DNA from: Candidatus Moraniibacteriota bacterium
Lineage (GTDB): Bacteria; Patescibacteriota; Minisyncoccia; Moranbacterales; GCA-2747515
Length of the DNA stretch: 64,000 bases
Direction: 5' to 3'
NCBI GenBank assembly: GCA_942490825.1
Contig: CALNYG010000005.1
Coordinates: 262,240 to 326,239, forward strand
Position numbers and translations under genes: made by a program. How positions within the stretch are numbered: position 1 is the first letter of the stretch; each line of letters opens with the position of its first letter. A model generated the notes under the pieces. The model ran no database searches. It had not been told where the DNA came from and was given only the letters and a program-made list of their open reading frames with translations. Positions 16,728 to 25,547 of this stretch are shown here, piece by piece.

Positions 16728-17351
16728 ATGGATATTAAAAATGCGAAATTTATTCGGGGGGTTATTGGTTCTCATAATTTGTTGGTGGATGAAAAACCGC
16801 ACATTGCTTTTATTGGGCGATCGAATGTGGGTAAATCTACTGTGATTAATATGTTGGTGAATCAGCGTAAATTGGTTAAGTCTTCGAGTACGCCTGGAAA
16901 GACTCGACAGATTAATTTTTTTATGATTAATGAGAAGGTTTATTTTGTGGATTTGCCGGGGTATGGTTATGCGAAGATTTCTCAAAAGGATCGGGAGAAA
17001 ATGCGGAAATTGATTTTGTGGTATTTTATTAGTGGTGAGGCTCCGATTAAGAAGGTTTGTGTGATTGTGGACGCGAAAGCGGGGTTGCGTGATTTTGATC
17101 GGGAAATGATTGATGTTTTGACTGAGTATGATATTCCGTTTGTGATTGTGGCGAATAAGATTGATAAGTTGAATCAGAAGGGTTTGCATAAGTCTTTGAC
17201 TGAAATTCAGGAGGAGGTTGGTGATTGGGCGGAGGTTTTTCCGATTAGTGCGAAGACTGGGAAGGGGAAAGATAAATTGTTGAAGGGGCTTTTTCGGGGG
17301 GTTAGTTTTATTGAGGTTGATGAAAATGGTGATGAGATTGTGGAGGAATAA
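16728..17351 (+). CDS. engB: ribosome-biogenesis GTPase YsxC/EngB
   Basis: G1 GRSNVGKST, G3 DLPGYGY, G4 NKIDK, G5 ISAKTG. Confidence 0.9.
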   Translation: MDIKNAKFIRGVIGSHNLLVDEKPHIAFIGRSNVGKSTVINMLVNQRKLVKSSSTPGKTRQINFFMINEKVYFVDLPGYGYAKISQKDREKMRKLILWYFISGEAPIKKVCVIVDAKAGLRDFDREMIDVLTEYDIPFVIVANKIDKLNQKGLHKSLTEIQEEVGDWAEVFPISAKTGKGKDKLLKGLFRGVSFIEVDENGDEIVEE

Positions 17352-17400
17352 TTTTTTGTAATATTGTTTTTGGAGCGGTTAATTTTTTAAAAATAGTTTT

Positions 17401-18081
17401 ATGAAAAAAGTAATTTTGGTTTTTAGTTTAATTCTTTTTTTAATTCTTTCTTATAATTTATATAGAGTTTTTGGCGGAGGAAGAAAATCTTGTTTTTCTG
17501 ATGAAATGACAGATGATTGTTATTTTTTAAAAGATAAATTCAATGTTTATTATAAAGTCGTTGAGGGAAAGGGTAGTCCTATGCCAAGTGTAATTATGGT
17601 AAAAGGAGTTGATACAGAGACATTTGAAGTTTTAGGTCGTTATTTTGGAAAAGATGAAAAATTTGTCTATGGATGTTTTGATTGGTCAGATGTAAATGGA
17701 CGTACACAAATAAAATGTAGAAAAGTTGAGAATGTGGATTTAGAAAGTTTTGAGAGTATAAATGATTATTATGTAAGGGATAAAAATAACGTGTATTATT
17801 TGAAAAATGAAGATAAAATTGGTGTGATTGAAAATGCAGACAGTAGTAGTTTCCAAGTTTTGGATAAAAGTTTAGCTAAAGACGAAAATAATTTTTATCA
17901 TAAAGGAAAGAATATAGATCATCATTTAGATATAAGCTCAATTGAGATTATAGATTCTTATGCGATAAGAGATAAAAATTATTGTTATTTTTATTCTAAG
18001 GATACACAGAGGTATGAAATTGATAGTATGTATAAATGCAATAAGGAAAAAGAATTTCCGACAGGAGTAATTAGTCTTTAA
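17401..18081 (+). CDS. DKNYY-repeat secreted/membrane-anchored protein
   Basis: N-terminal TM segment. Repeated DKNxVYY / DKNYCYF motifs with F(E/Q)VL spacing, typical of the DKNYY family. Confidence 0.7.
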   Translation: MKKVILVFSLILFLILSYNLYRVFGGGRKSCFSDEMTDDCYFLKDKFNVYYKVVEGKGSPMPSVIMVKGVDTETFEVLGRYFGKDEKFVYGCFDWSDVNGRTQIKCRKVENVDLESFESINDYYVRDKNNVYYLKNEDKIGVIENADSSSFQVLDKSLAKDENNFYHKGKNIDHHLDISSIEIIDSYAIRDKNYCYFYSKDTQRYEIDSMYKCNKEKEFPTGVISL

Positions 18082-18604
18082 CTTTCAAAACCTCTTCAAT
18101 AAATCCTTGAATGAGTAATTCTTTCGCATCACTTTTTGAAACACCACGGGACATCAAAAAATAAAGCTGATCTTTGTTCAAATCAGAGATGGTAGCCGAG
18201 TGAGAACATTTTACATCGTTGGGTAAAATTTCCAATTGAGGTAGAGTTGTAACTTTTGCATCATCGCTGACAGTTAAATTTTCATTTTTCAAACTAGCTT
18301 TAGTTTTCTGAGCTGGTTTTTCTATTTTAATTTTTCCTTCATAATTAAGTTGGGATTTATCATCGAGAACAGTTTTGATTAAAAGATGACTTTCTGAATT
18401 GGGTTGTTTATGTTGCTGAATAGTTTTTAAGTTAAATTTATTGTTTTCTTTTCCTTGATATAAACCAAAGATAAAAACTTTGGCTTTTTCGCATTTTATA
18501 GAAAAAGTTATTTCACCGTTTTTGTTTTCGAAATAGAAAATGTGTTTTCCTGGTTTGGTAATGGTGTAGGTTTTTTGGTTGTCTTTGGTGATGTTTTTAA
18601 ACAT
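18071..18604 (-). CDS. sufD: short SufD-like Fe-S cluster assembly protein
   Basis: 177 aa. The C-terminal segment CSHSATISDLNKDQLYFLMSRGVSKSDAKELLIQGF matches the conserved SufB/SufD C-terminus. Lies downstream of sufB. Confidence 0.7.
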   Translation of the reverse strand: MFKNITKDNQKTYTITKPGKHIFYFENKNGEITFSIKCEKAKVFIFGLYQGKENNKFNLKTIQQHKQPNSESHLLIKTVLDDKSQLNYEGKIKIEKPAQKTKASLKNENLTVSDDAKVTTLPQLEILPNDVKCSHSATISDLNKDQLYFLMSRGVSKSDAKELLIQGFIEEVLKVKD

Positions 18605-18666
18605 TTTTTTAGATAATTTAAAATTTTAATTGAATTTTTAATTATAGAATTTCAAATAGTACAATC

Positions 18667-18829
18667 TGTCATTCTGAACGAAGTAATATTTTCGTTAGAA
18701 AATTTTACGTAGTGAAGAATCCCCTTAGACTTTTCTGATAATTCAATTTTTAAAGTTTTGTGACTTTCTGTGGGGGATTCTTCACTGCATAAATTTATCT
18801 GCGATAAATTTATTACGTTCAGAATGACA
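18667..18829 (+). repeat. nested-palindrome element (NPE), canonical copy
   Basis: TGTCATTCTGAAC; hairpin A GTAATATTTTC-GTTA-GAAAATTTTAC; GTAGTGAAGAATCCCC; ~50-nt spacer; GGGGGATTCTTCACT; hairpin B; CGTTCAGAATGACA. Sits between sufB and sufD. Confidence 0.9.
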
Positions 18830-18872
18830 GGAGACTTTTAGGATTTTAGAAAACTTTTAAATTATGTATCAT

Positions 18873-18890
18873 AGCCCGTGCGGCGAGCAC
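18873..18890 (+). repeat. Box-A repeat, empty form
   Basis: TATGTATCATAGCCCGTGCGGCGAGCAC, 10 nt from the sufB stop codon (minus-strand gene). Confidence 0.9.
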
Positions 18891-18899
18891 TTTTATTTC

Positions 18900-20294
18900 T
18901 TACCCAACAGATTTTTTCATTTCTAAATTAATTAATCTGTATAACTCTACTGAATATTCTAGCGGAACTTTGCGAATTATGGAATCGAAGAAACCGTTTA
19001 CGATCATGGATTGAGCTTCGTCTTTGGTTAAACCGCGAGACATTAAGTAAAACATTTTATCTTTATCGATTTTTTCGGTGCTGGCTTCGTGGGCGATAAT
19101 TGAGCTTTTGTTTTCTTGATTTATTTTTGGGTAAGTATCTGATTGGGAAATATCGTCAAAAATTAAAGCATCACATTGGGTGTAATTTGATGAATTTTTT
19201 GCTCCTTTTTTTATATCAACTAATCCGCGGTAACTGGATCTTCCGCCATCTTTGGCAATAGATTTATTGATAATTTTTGATTTTGTATTTGGTGCAAGAT
19301 GGATCATTTTTCCGCCCGTGTCTTGATGTTGATTTTCTCCAGCGAGTGAAATTGAAAGCAATTCACCTTTGGCGTTTTCTCCAGTTAAGAGTATAGCGGG
19401 ATATTTCATGGTTACGGCTGATCCGATGTTGCAATCGGTCCATTCAACTTTTGCATTTTTTTCCGCTCGAGATCTTTTGGTTACTAAATTGTAAATATTG
19501 GTGCTCCAATTTTGAATTGTTGTATAACGAACACTGGAATTTTCTAATGCAAATATTTCTACGACAGCGGCGTGTAGGGAATTGGTTGAATAGGTTGGAG
19601 CAGTGCAACCTTCGATGTAATGAATGGATGAATTTTTGTCGGCGATGATTAAAGTTCTTTCGAATTGTCCAAAGCGTTCTTGATTTATTCTGAAATAGGC
19701 TTGAAGTGGTAGTTCTACTTTTACGTTTTCGGGAATGTAGATAAAAGTTCCACCTGACCAAACGGCAGTGTTTAAAGCGGCAAATTTGTTGTCGGTTGGT
19801 GGGATTAATTTTCCAAAATATTTTTTTACAATGTCAGGATATTTTTTTATGGCAGTGTCCATGTCGCAGAATATTACGCCTTTTTTTTCTAAATCTTTTT
19901 GAATGGATTCGTAAACTACTTCACTTTCGTATTGGGCGGAAACTCCAGAGAGCCATTTTTTTTCGTGCTCAGGTACGCCGATTGCTTCGTAAGTTTCTTT
20001 GATTTCGGTGGGGAGTTCTTCCCAGGATTTTTTCTTTTTGTCCGTGGCTTTTAAAAAGTAAGTGATTTCGTCAAAATTTATTTTAGATAAATCTGGTCCC
20101 CATTTTGGTAATTTCTTTTCTTGGAAAATTTTATAGGCGTTTAGTCGGGATTCTTTCATCCAGCTATCTTCTTGTTTGTAATCACTGATTGATTCGACTA
20201 CTTTTTTGTTTAATCCTTTTTTGATTTTATGAAAAGCGACTTCTGGTTTGGAGAAGTTGTGGTTTTGGTTGAATTGGAGGTCTTTTCTAGGCAT
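18900..20294 (-). CDS. sufB: Fe-S cluster assembly protein SufB
   Basis: 464 aa. Conserved SufB blocks: GVSAQYESEVVY, FERTLIIADKNSSIHYIEGCTAP, HEASTEKIDKDKMFYLMSRGL. Confidence 0.95.
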   Translation of the reverse strand: MPRKDLQFNQNHNFSKPEVAFHKIKKGLNKKVVESISDYKQEDSWMKESRLNAYKIFQEKKLPKWGPDLSKINFDEITYFLKATDKKKKSWEELPTEIKETYEAIGVPEHEKKWLSGVSAQYESEVVYESIQKDLEKKGVIFCDMDTAIKKYPDIVKKYFGKLIPPTDNKFAALNTAVWSGGTFIYIPENVKVELPLQAYFRINQERFGQFERTLIIADKNSSIHYIEGCTAPTYSTNSLHAAVVEIFALENSSVRYTTIQNWSTNIYNLVTKRSRAEKNAKVEWTDCNIGSAVTMKYPAILLTGENAKGELLSISLAGENQHQDTGGKMIHLAPNTKSKIINKSIAKDGGRSSYRGLVDIKKGAKNSSNYTQCDALIFDDISQSDTYPKINQENKSSIIAHEASTEKIDKDKMFYLMSRGLTKDEAQSMIVNGFFDSIIRKVPLEYSVELYRLINLEMKKSVG

Positions 20295-20318
20295 ATCTTG
20301 AAAATTTATTAATTCTTT

Positions 20319-21396
20319 TCCATAAATTCTGCATTATTTATTCCTAAAATAAAGTATGGATTATCTGAGTCTTTTCTTTTCATTATAATCCAATAAGACT
20401 TGTCTAAAATAATATTCTTTGATTTTTTTCACTTAATTCTTCTACATCAACTAGTATTGCTGCTTCATTTTCAACTCTTGCACCTTTTTCATCCATGTTA
20501 AATTTAATATTCTCAAACATTGCATCAATTATATATGTTTTAAAGTCATTATTAGCTAAAGATTTACCAATCATTTCTTTATAGTCTCTGTGCATATTTA
20601 AAGAAATTTTTGGAGCTTTAAAGGTATCAATATCATCCATCCCAATTGAATGATTTTCATTTTTATTTATATTTTCAATTATATTAACAGGACTACTCAT
20701 ATCAAAACCTTTTGCTAAAAATAATTCATCCTCATCATTTTTTAAATTTAATTTTACAATAAATTTATCATCATTAGTATAATCAATAATCATTACGTTA
20801 TCTTTTTGTTTTTCTTGAGCCGTAAAACCTTTTACATTTTTTCCATTAAACATTAGGCTATTTGTTTTTTCAAAGGTTGTTAAATACTGGACTTCTTTCA
20901 AATAATAAGCATAAGAAATAATGTCTTGAGGTTCTAAATCTAAATCTAGATCATCAAAACTTTTAGTAGGAAATTTCTTTTTTGATTCAATATTTATTTC
21001 TTCAATTGTTTTTTGTCCATAGCCACTTTTTATATAATAACTCGCTTCATCTAAATCCTTTTTTGTAAAAATTGGATCATTAAATTTATCAGTCATTTCT
21101 AATGCTACTTTATCATTGGTGTCTAATTTAATTTTTTCTTTTATTACATTTTCACTTAAATCTGTCCAGGCTAAATTCATCGCCCCAGCCCAAACATAAT
21201 TTCCTTTATAATCACTTCCTAAATAATTTTCTTTTATGTCAACATTTAATTTATTTTCTTGAGAATCTTGAGTTTGACTTTGAACAGTAATTTCCTTGTT
21301 TATTTTTTCACTTTCATTTATTTTATTTTCATTATTTTTTACATTTCCACAAGCTGATAAAACAAAAGCTAAAATTAAAAGCGATGATATTTTCAT
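20319..21396 (-). pseudogene. serpin-like lipoprotein, frameshifted in an A7 run
   Basis: Lipobox LSAC-G. Serpin-like strand/hinge region FKAPKISL...NMDEKGARVENEAAILV. The expected C-terminal strands (ILDKSYWIIMKRKDSDNPYFILGINNAEF) are in the -1 frame downstream of the plus-strand T7 run at 20423-20429. Family call is by eye only. Confidence 0.45.
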
Positions 21397-21444
21397 TATT
21401 TTTTATTTAAGTATTTATAAAATTTAAAACTTAGTATTTTTTTA

Positions 21445-22164
21445 TTATAATTTATCAAACCCTTCTTTTTCTATTTTTTCTATTAATTTAAAATCTCCTT
21501 CTTTTATAATTTTACCATCTTTTAAGATTAAGACGTGATCGGGTTTCAACTTTTTAAAAATTTTGTTTTGGTGGGAAATTATTACTAAAGTTTTTTTGGT
21601 ATTTTCAATAAACTTTTTTAGAAAAGTAGAAATTGTTTTTATTGCATCGACGTCAACTCCGGTGTCGATTTCGTCGAGGAAAATATATTTTGGATCGAGG
21701 ATTGCCATTTGTAATAATTCCATTTTTTTTCTTTCACCACCACTGAAGTCTTCATTTAAAGATCTGTCTAATAATTCTTCGGGAATTTTTAATTCTTCAG
21801 CGTAGTGATTTATTTTCTCTAGTAACTCTTTGGTGGGTAACGATTTTTTTCGAGTGGCTGCACGTAAAAGTTGTTTTATGGTTACGCCTGAGATTTCTGG
21901 GGGGGATTGCATGGATACGAAAATTCCTTGGTCGGCTCGTTGGTTTGGTTCAAGATTTTTTAGGGATTTTTCGTTTAGGGTTATTTTGCTTTCTTGGGAA
22001 ATTTTGAAATTTGAATCGCCCATGATGGCTTTTACTAAAGTTGATTTTCCGCTTCCGTTTATGCCCATGACGGCATAGATTTTTTGTTTTTGAAAAGATG
22101 TGTTGATATTTTCAAGTATGGTTTTTTTGTTGACTTTGACGGTTAGGTTTTTTATTGAAATCAT
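21445..22164 (-). CDS. sufC: Fe-S cluster assembly ATPase SufC
   Basis: Homology starts at MISIKNLTV (ATG at 22164). Walker A GINGSGKST, signature FSGGERKK, Walker B IFLDEIDTGVD. The 94-codon upstream extension of the track ORF overlaps ddl and repeats and is rejected. Confidence 0.95.
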   Translation of the reverse strand: MISIKNLTVKVNKKTILENINTSFQKQKIYAVMGINGSGKSTLVKAIMGDSNFKISQESKITLNEKSLKNLEPNQRADQGIFVSMQSPPEISGVTIKQLLRAATRKKSLPTKELLEKINHYAEELKIPEELLDRSLNEDFSGGERKKMELLQMAILDPKYIFLDEIDTGVDVDAIKTISTFLKKFIENTKKTLVIISHQNKIFKKLKPDHVLILKDGKIIKEGDFKLIEKIEKEGFDKL

Positions 22165-22195
22165 AAGTGGATTGTTAGGTTTTGATAAGTTTTGT

Positions 22196-22224
22196 GTAGT
22201 GAACGGTTTGAAACTGTTCACTAC
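22196..22224. repeat. GTAGTGAACGG hairpin (family G), copy 2
   Basis: GTAGTGAACGG-TTTGAAA-CTGTTCACTAC, 32 nt upstream of the sufC start. Confidence 0.75.
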
Positions 22225-22320
22225 GAGAATTGTTGTGTTTCTCACAATGATACGTCTTCTTTTATTTAAAGGGTTTTTGGGGGAAATGTCAAACTGATTT
22301 TTAGATATTACAGATAAAGT

Positions 22321-22345
22321 CCAGCCTTCGGATTCCGAAGGCTGG
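22321..22345. repeat. 25-nt GC-rich palindrome
   Basis: CCAGCCTTCGGATTCCGAAGGCTGG in the divergent sufC/ddl intergenic region, about 50 nt upstream of ddl. Confidence 0.7.
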
Positions 22346-22395
22346 ACTTTGGGTTTGTGGTAGAATAAAAGCGTAATTATTTTAAATATAATTTT

Positions 22396-23445
22396 ATGAA
22401 AAAAATAAATCTTGCAGTAATATTCGGAGGGAAATCTGGAGAGCATGATGTTTCGCTTTCATCTGTTCGAGGAGTAATCAAATCACTCAACCAAGAAAAA
22501 TACAACATCCAATATTTAGCTATAACCAAATCAGGTGAATGGTTGGCTGGTCAAGAGGCTGAAGAATATTTAAAATTAACTGAAAAGTTTTCAACTACAG
22601 GTGACGAAGTAGATAATTTTATTTCACAAAGTCAAAAAAACGGATTGCAAAATTTAATCGACAAAGAAATCGATGGTGAAAAAATTGATGTTGTTTTGCC
22701 GATTTTGCACGGACCTTTTGGAGAGGATGGAAAGTTGCAGGGAATGTTGGAAATAATTGATTTGCCTTACATTTTTTCAGAACCTTTGGCACATGCGATT
22801 GCTATGAATAAACCGAAAGCTAAAATTATTGCGGAACATGCGGGAGCTTTGACGGCAAATAGTTTTTCGTTTAATAAAAAGGATGAGCTTGATATGAATG
22901 AAATTATTGATGAGTTAGATTTTCCAATTGTGGTGAAGCCAGCGGAATTGGGTTCGTCAGTGGGGATGAGTATTGCGAAAAATAAAGAGGATTTGGAAAA
23001 AGGAATTGAAAAGGCGTTTGCGGTGGATGAGAGTATTATTTTGGAGAGATTTATTTCTGGTCGGGAGATGACTGTTCCAGTGGCGGATATTAAAAAACCT
23101 GAAGCGGTGGCGGTTACGGAAATTATTGCGAAAAAGGCGGATTGGTATGATTATGCGTCGAAGTATGAGGAGGGTGGTAGTCGGCATGTTTGTCCTGCAG
23201 AAATTCCTGAAGAGGTTGCGGAGAGAATGAAAGAAGATGCAGTTAAAATTTTTAAGGCAATTGGTTGTCGGGATTTGGCTCGAGCTGATTTTATTTATGA
23301 TGAAAAAAATGATCGAATTTATTTTTTGGAAATTAATACGATTCCTGGAATGACGCCAACGAGTTTGGCTCCGGAAGCGATTTTGAAAAGTGGTTTGTCA
23401 TTGGGTGATTTTTTAAATAAGTTGATTGAGAAACGTTTGGGTTAG
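22396..23445 (+). CDS. ddl: D-alanine--D-alanine ligase
   Basis: 349 aa ATP-grasp protein. Motifs GGKSGEHDVSL, HGPFGEDGKLQG, VKPAELGSSVG, EINTIPGMT. Confidence 0.95.
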   Translation: MKKINLAVIFGGKSGEHDVSLSSVRGVIKSLNQEKYNIQYLAITKSGEWLAGQEAEEYLKLTEKFSTTGDEVDNFISQSQKNGLQNLIDKEIDGEKIDVVLPILHGPFGEDGKLQGMLEIIDLPYIFSEPLAHAIAMNKPKAKIIAEHAGALTANSFSFNKKDELDMNEIIDELDFPIVVKPAELGSSVGMSIAKNKEDLEKGIEKAFAVDESIILERFISGREMTVPVADIKKPEAVAVTEIIAKKADWYDYASKYEEGGSRHVCPAEIPEEVAERMKEDAVKIFKAIGCRDLARADFIYDEKNDRIYFLEINTIPGMTPTSLAPEAILKSGLSLGDFLNKLIEKRLG

Positions 23446-23451
23446 TTTTAA

Positions 23452-23475
23452 AACAAGGGGTCATGACCCCTTGTT
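23452..23475. repeat. Pal-E perfect 24-nt palindrome
   Basis: AACAAGGGGTCATGACCCCTTGTT, 7 nt after the ddl stop. Related copies at 26483..26506 and 31208..31231. Confidence 0.9.
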
Positions 23476-23481
23476 CATTTT

Positions 23482-23510
23482 AAAAAGCAAGATTTACTTC
23501 TTGCTTTTTT
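23482..23510 (+). terminator. rho-independent terminator-like hairpin after ddl
   Basis: AAAAAGCAAGATTTACTTCTTGCTTTTTT, the same module as 3189..3218. Confidence 0.6.
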
Positions 23511-23525
23511 GTTTTGTTAATTTTT

Positions 23526-23569
23526 GTGCCTGTCTGCCGAATAGGTAGGCTCGCCGCACGGGCTTTTTT
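23526..23569 (-). repeat. Box-A repeat, filled form, inverted orientation
   Basis: Reverse complement reads AAAAAAGCCCGTGCGGCGAGC-CTACCTATTCGGCAGACAGGC-AC. Confidence 0.9.
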
Positions 23570-23594
23570 GAATTTTAGTTTTTTACAAATTTTC

Positions 23595-23818
23595 TGTCAT
23601 TCTGAACCTGCCTTTGTCGCCTGCCTGTCGGCAGACAGGGCAGACAGGCGGATTTATTTTTTTGTTAAAAAAATAAAGAAGTGAAGCCTGCCTGTCGGCA
23701 GACAGGAATCCCTCACAAAGCATCACAAAACTTTAAAATTAAAATAGCAGAAAAATTTACAAGGATTCTTCACTACATAATTTTTCATTACATGAAAAAT
23801 TATTTCGTTCAGAATGAC
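23595..23818 (-). repeat. nested-palindrome element (NPE), inverted copy with three GC mini-palindrome insertions
   Basis: Ends TGTCATTCTGAAC / GTTCAGAATGAC. The spacer is the reverse complement of the canonical spacer. GC palindromes at ~23606-23650 (two, overlapping) and 23687-23706, the latter splitting the inner arm GTGAAG|AATCCC. Confidence 0.85.
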
Positions 23819-23838
23819 GGGTTGTTCTGCCTGTTTTT

Positions 23839-24153
23839 TTAACTCAAGATGAGTTGTAAATTATTTTTTGTGGAATATTTTTTTAGTACATCTTTTATTA
23901 TTTCTTTTTCATTGGTGGAAATTTTTATTTCTTGGATGCTGGCGGTTCCGCGGATTTTTAAAAATACGCCGCTGTCTAAGTCTGTTATTTTGATTGCGTG
24001 TTTTCCGCTTTTTATTCCGTGTTTAATAAATCCAACGGAAATTTTTTTAACGTTGGGGTTTTTGTGAAGTAAGTCTACGATTTTTTCAGCGGCGGGGATT
24101 ATGGTTGTGTGGCGTCCTTTTATTTTTCCGCCTTGTCGGTGTCCTTTTGACAT
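23839..24153 (-). CDS. small basic hypothetical protein, partner of the HEPN-motif protein
   Basis: 104 aa, starts 2 nt after the stop of the upstream gene. Contains GRHTTIIPAAEKIV...VKKISVGFIKHG...FLKIRGTASIQEIKI. Possibly DUF2103-like; that is memory only and unverified. Confidence 0.55.
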   Translation of the reverse strand: MSKGHRQGGKIKGRHTTIIPAAEKIVDLLHKNPNVKKISVGFIKHGIKSGKHAIKITDLDSGVFLKIRGTASIQEIKISTNEKEIIKDVLKKYSTKNNLQLILS

Positions 24154-24155
24154 GA

Positions 24156-25451
24156 TTATTTTTTCTTTGAACTTATTCTTTTTGTAGAAGTTTTTTTGGG
24201 TTTTACAGTTAACTTAAAGTCATAGTCTAAAGTATCCTCCTTTAAATTATAATCTTCTTTATAGATTTTTTTGAAAATTTCTTTGAATTTTTTACTTTTC
24301 CTTAATTTTGAAAAAAGAGGAGCTGTTCTATATGCAGTTTTGTCTATATATTTACTTTCTTTGCCAATTTTTTCCATGAGTGATAATGCTTTTTTATTAT
24401 TACCTAATATAGTTTCTTTTGCTAAATTAAAATCATTTGCAGTTTCACTATTTCTCCAGTCAATGTCATTTAGTATTTGAGCCGCAATTTTTTCTTGATT
24501 ATTTAATTTTTTTGAAAGAGCTTTATTTATTATGAATAAGTTTTTAGTATTTACATTGGAACGCTTCATAGACTTCTCCGTTGCAAATTCTAATAAAACA
24601 TCTGCAAGTTGATAGTTTTCTTTTTCTATTAATTTATAACAAATATCGTTATTTAAGTTAGTATCTGCTAAATCAATTTCTTTAGGTTTTAATTTTCTCC
24701 ATATAACATGCGTCAGTTTAGTTCCTACTTCAAATAAACATTCATAAGAAGATTTTAAATAATCTGCACTTATCTCTAATTTATCTCCAATTTTATATTT
24801 TTTATCAATGATTATTCCATGTTCTTTGCAGTTAGTTATATATTGACTGCTAATTTTTCCTCCGCAATGAGCGAATAAATTTCTTCTTTCAGTTATTTCA
24901 ATGAAATCTTTCCAAGATGAAAAACTTCTTAAAGTTTGTATATCTAGTTTTTTTTCAAGCCATACAAAATGTTCTTTATGATTATTTCTTAAAACGCTCT
25001 CAATTTCTTTTTCTATCATGTAATTCTTTGCTTCTTTTATACTTTTTAATTTTGCTAGTGATGAGAAATTTAGGCTTTTTTCAGAGCTATTTAATATTTC
25101 TGGTTTTAGATGTAATATTATTTGTATTGTTTTGTAGATAAAGGCATCAAATTGACTAACCAAAGAAATTAGAGAGCTTGCTGGAATCACTTTAAATGAT
25201 GCTTTTGTAATATCAATATCTTTTTTTATTTTTTTGTAATGGTGAATATCTTCACGTTTTAAAATAAATGATTTTGAGGTTTTTTTCTGTGCTTTTTTAT
25301 CTATAAAGTCAGACATTTTACTGTAATTTGTTTTTTGAGTTACTGCAGTTAAACCCATTGTTAAATCCAGTGAATTTTTTAAACTATCAATATTATCAAT
25401 GAAATTATTCAGATTTTCTTCAAAGGGATTAACTTTCGCTTTTTTATTCAT
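24156..25451 (-). CDS. HEPN-motif protein (Abi / RiboL-PSP-like), putative RNase-type defence or toxin component
   Basis: 431 aa. An R-x4-H motif sits in a helical context (FIEITERRNLFAHCGGKIS), with a helical-repeat C-terminal half. A/T-ending codon usage typical of the accessory genes here. Confidence 0.55.
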   Translation of the reverse strand: MNKKAKVNPFEENLNNFIDNIDSLKNSLDLTMGLTAVTQKTNYSKMSDFIDKKAQKKTSKSFILKREDIHHYKKIKKDIDITKASFKVIPASSLISLVSQFDAFIYKTIQIILHLKPEILNSSEKSLNFSSLAKLKSIKEAKNYMIEKEIESVLRNNHKEHFVWLEKKLDIQTLRSFSSWKDFIEITERRNLFAHCGGKISSQYITNCKEHGIIIDKKYKIGDKLEISADYLKSSYECLFEVGTKLTHVIWRKLKPKEIDLADTNLNNDICYKLIEKENYQLADVLLEFATEKSMKRSNVNTKNLFIINKALSKKLNNQEKIAAQILNDIDWRNSETANDFNLAKETILGNNKKALSLMEKIGKESKYIDKTAYRTAPLFSKLRKSKKFKEIFKKIYKEDYNLKEDTLDYDFKLTVKPKKTSTKRISSKKK

Positions 25452-25547
25452 GCCTTCTATATAATTAAAGTTTATTATTTCAATTATAACATTCTTTCAA
25501 TTCAAGAATGTGCTAAAATACACACAAGACTAAAAATAACAATATTT

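Noticed and set aside
22165-22446. 94-codon N-terminal extension of the sufC ORF overlapping the ddl start
   Set aside because: SufC homology begins at MISIKNLTV (22164). The extension runs through hairpin repeats and the divergent ddl 5' region.
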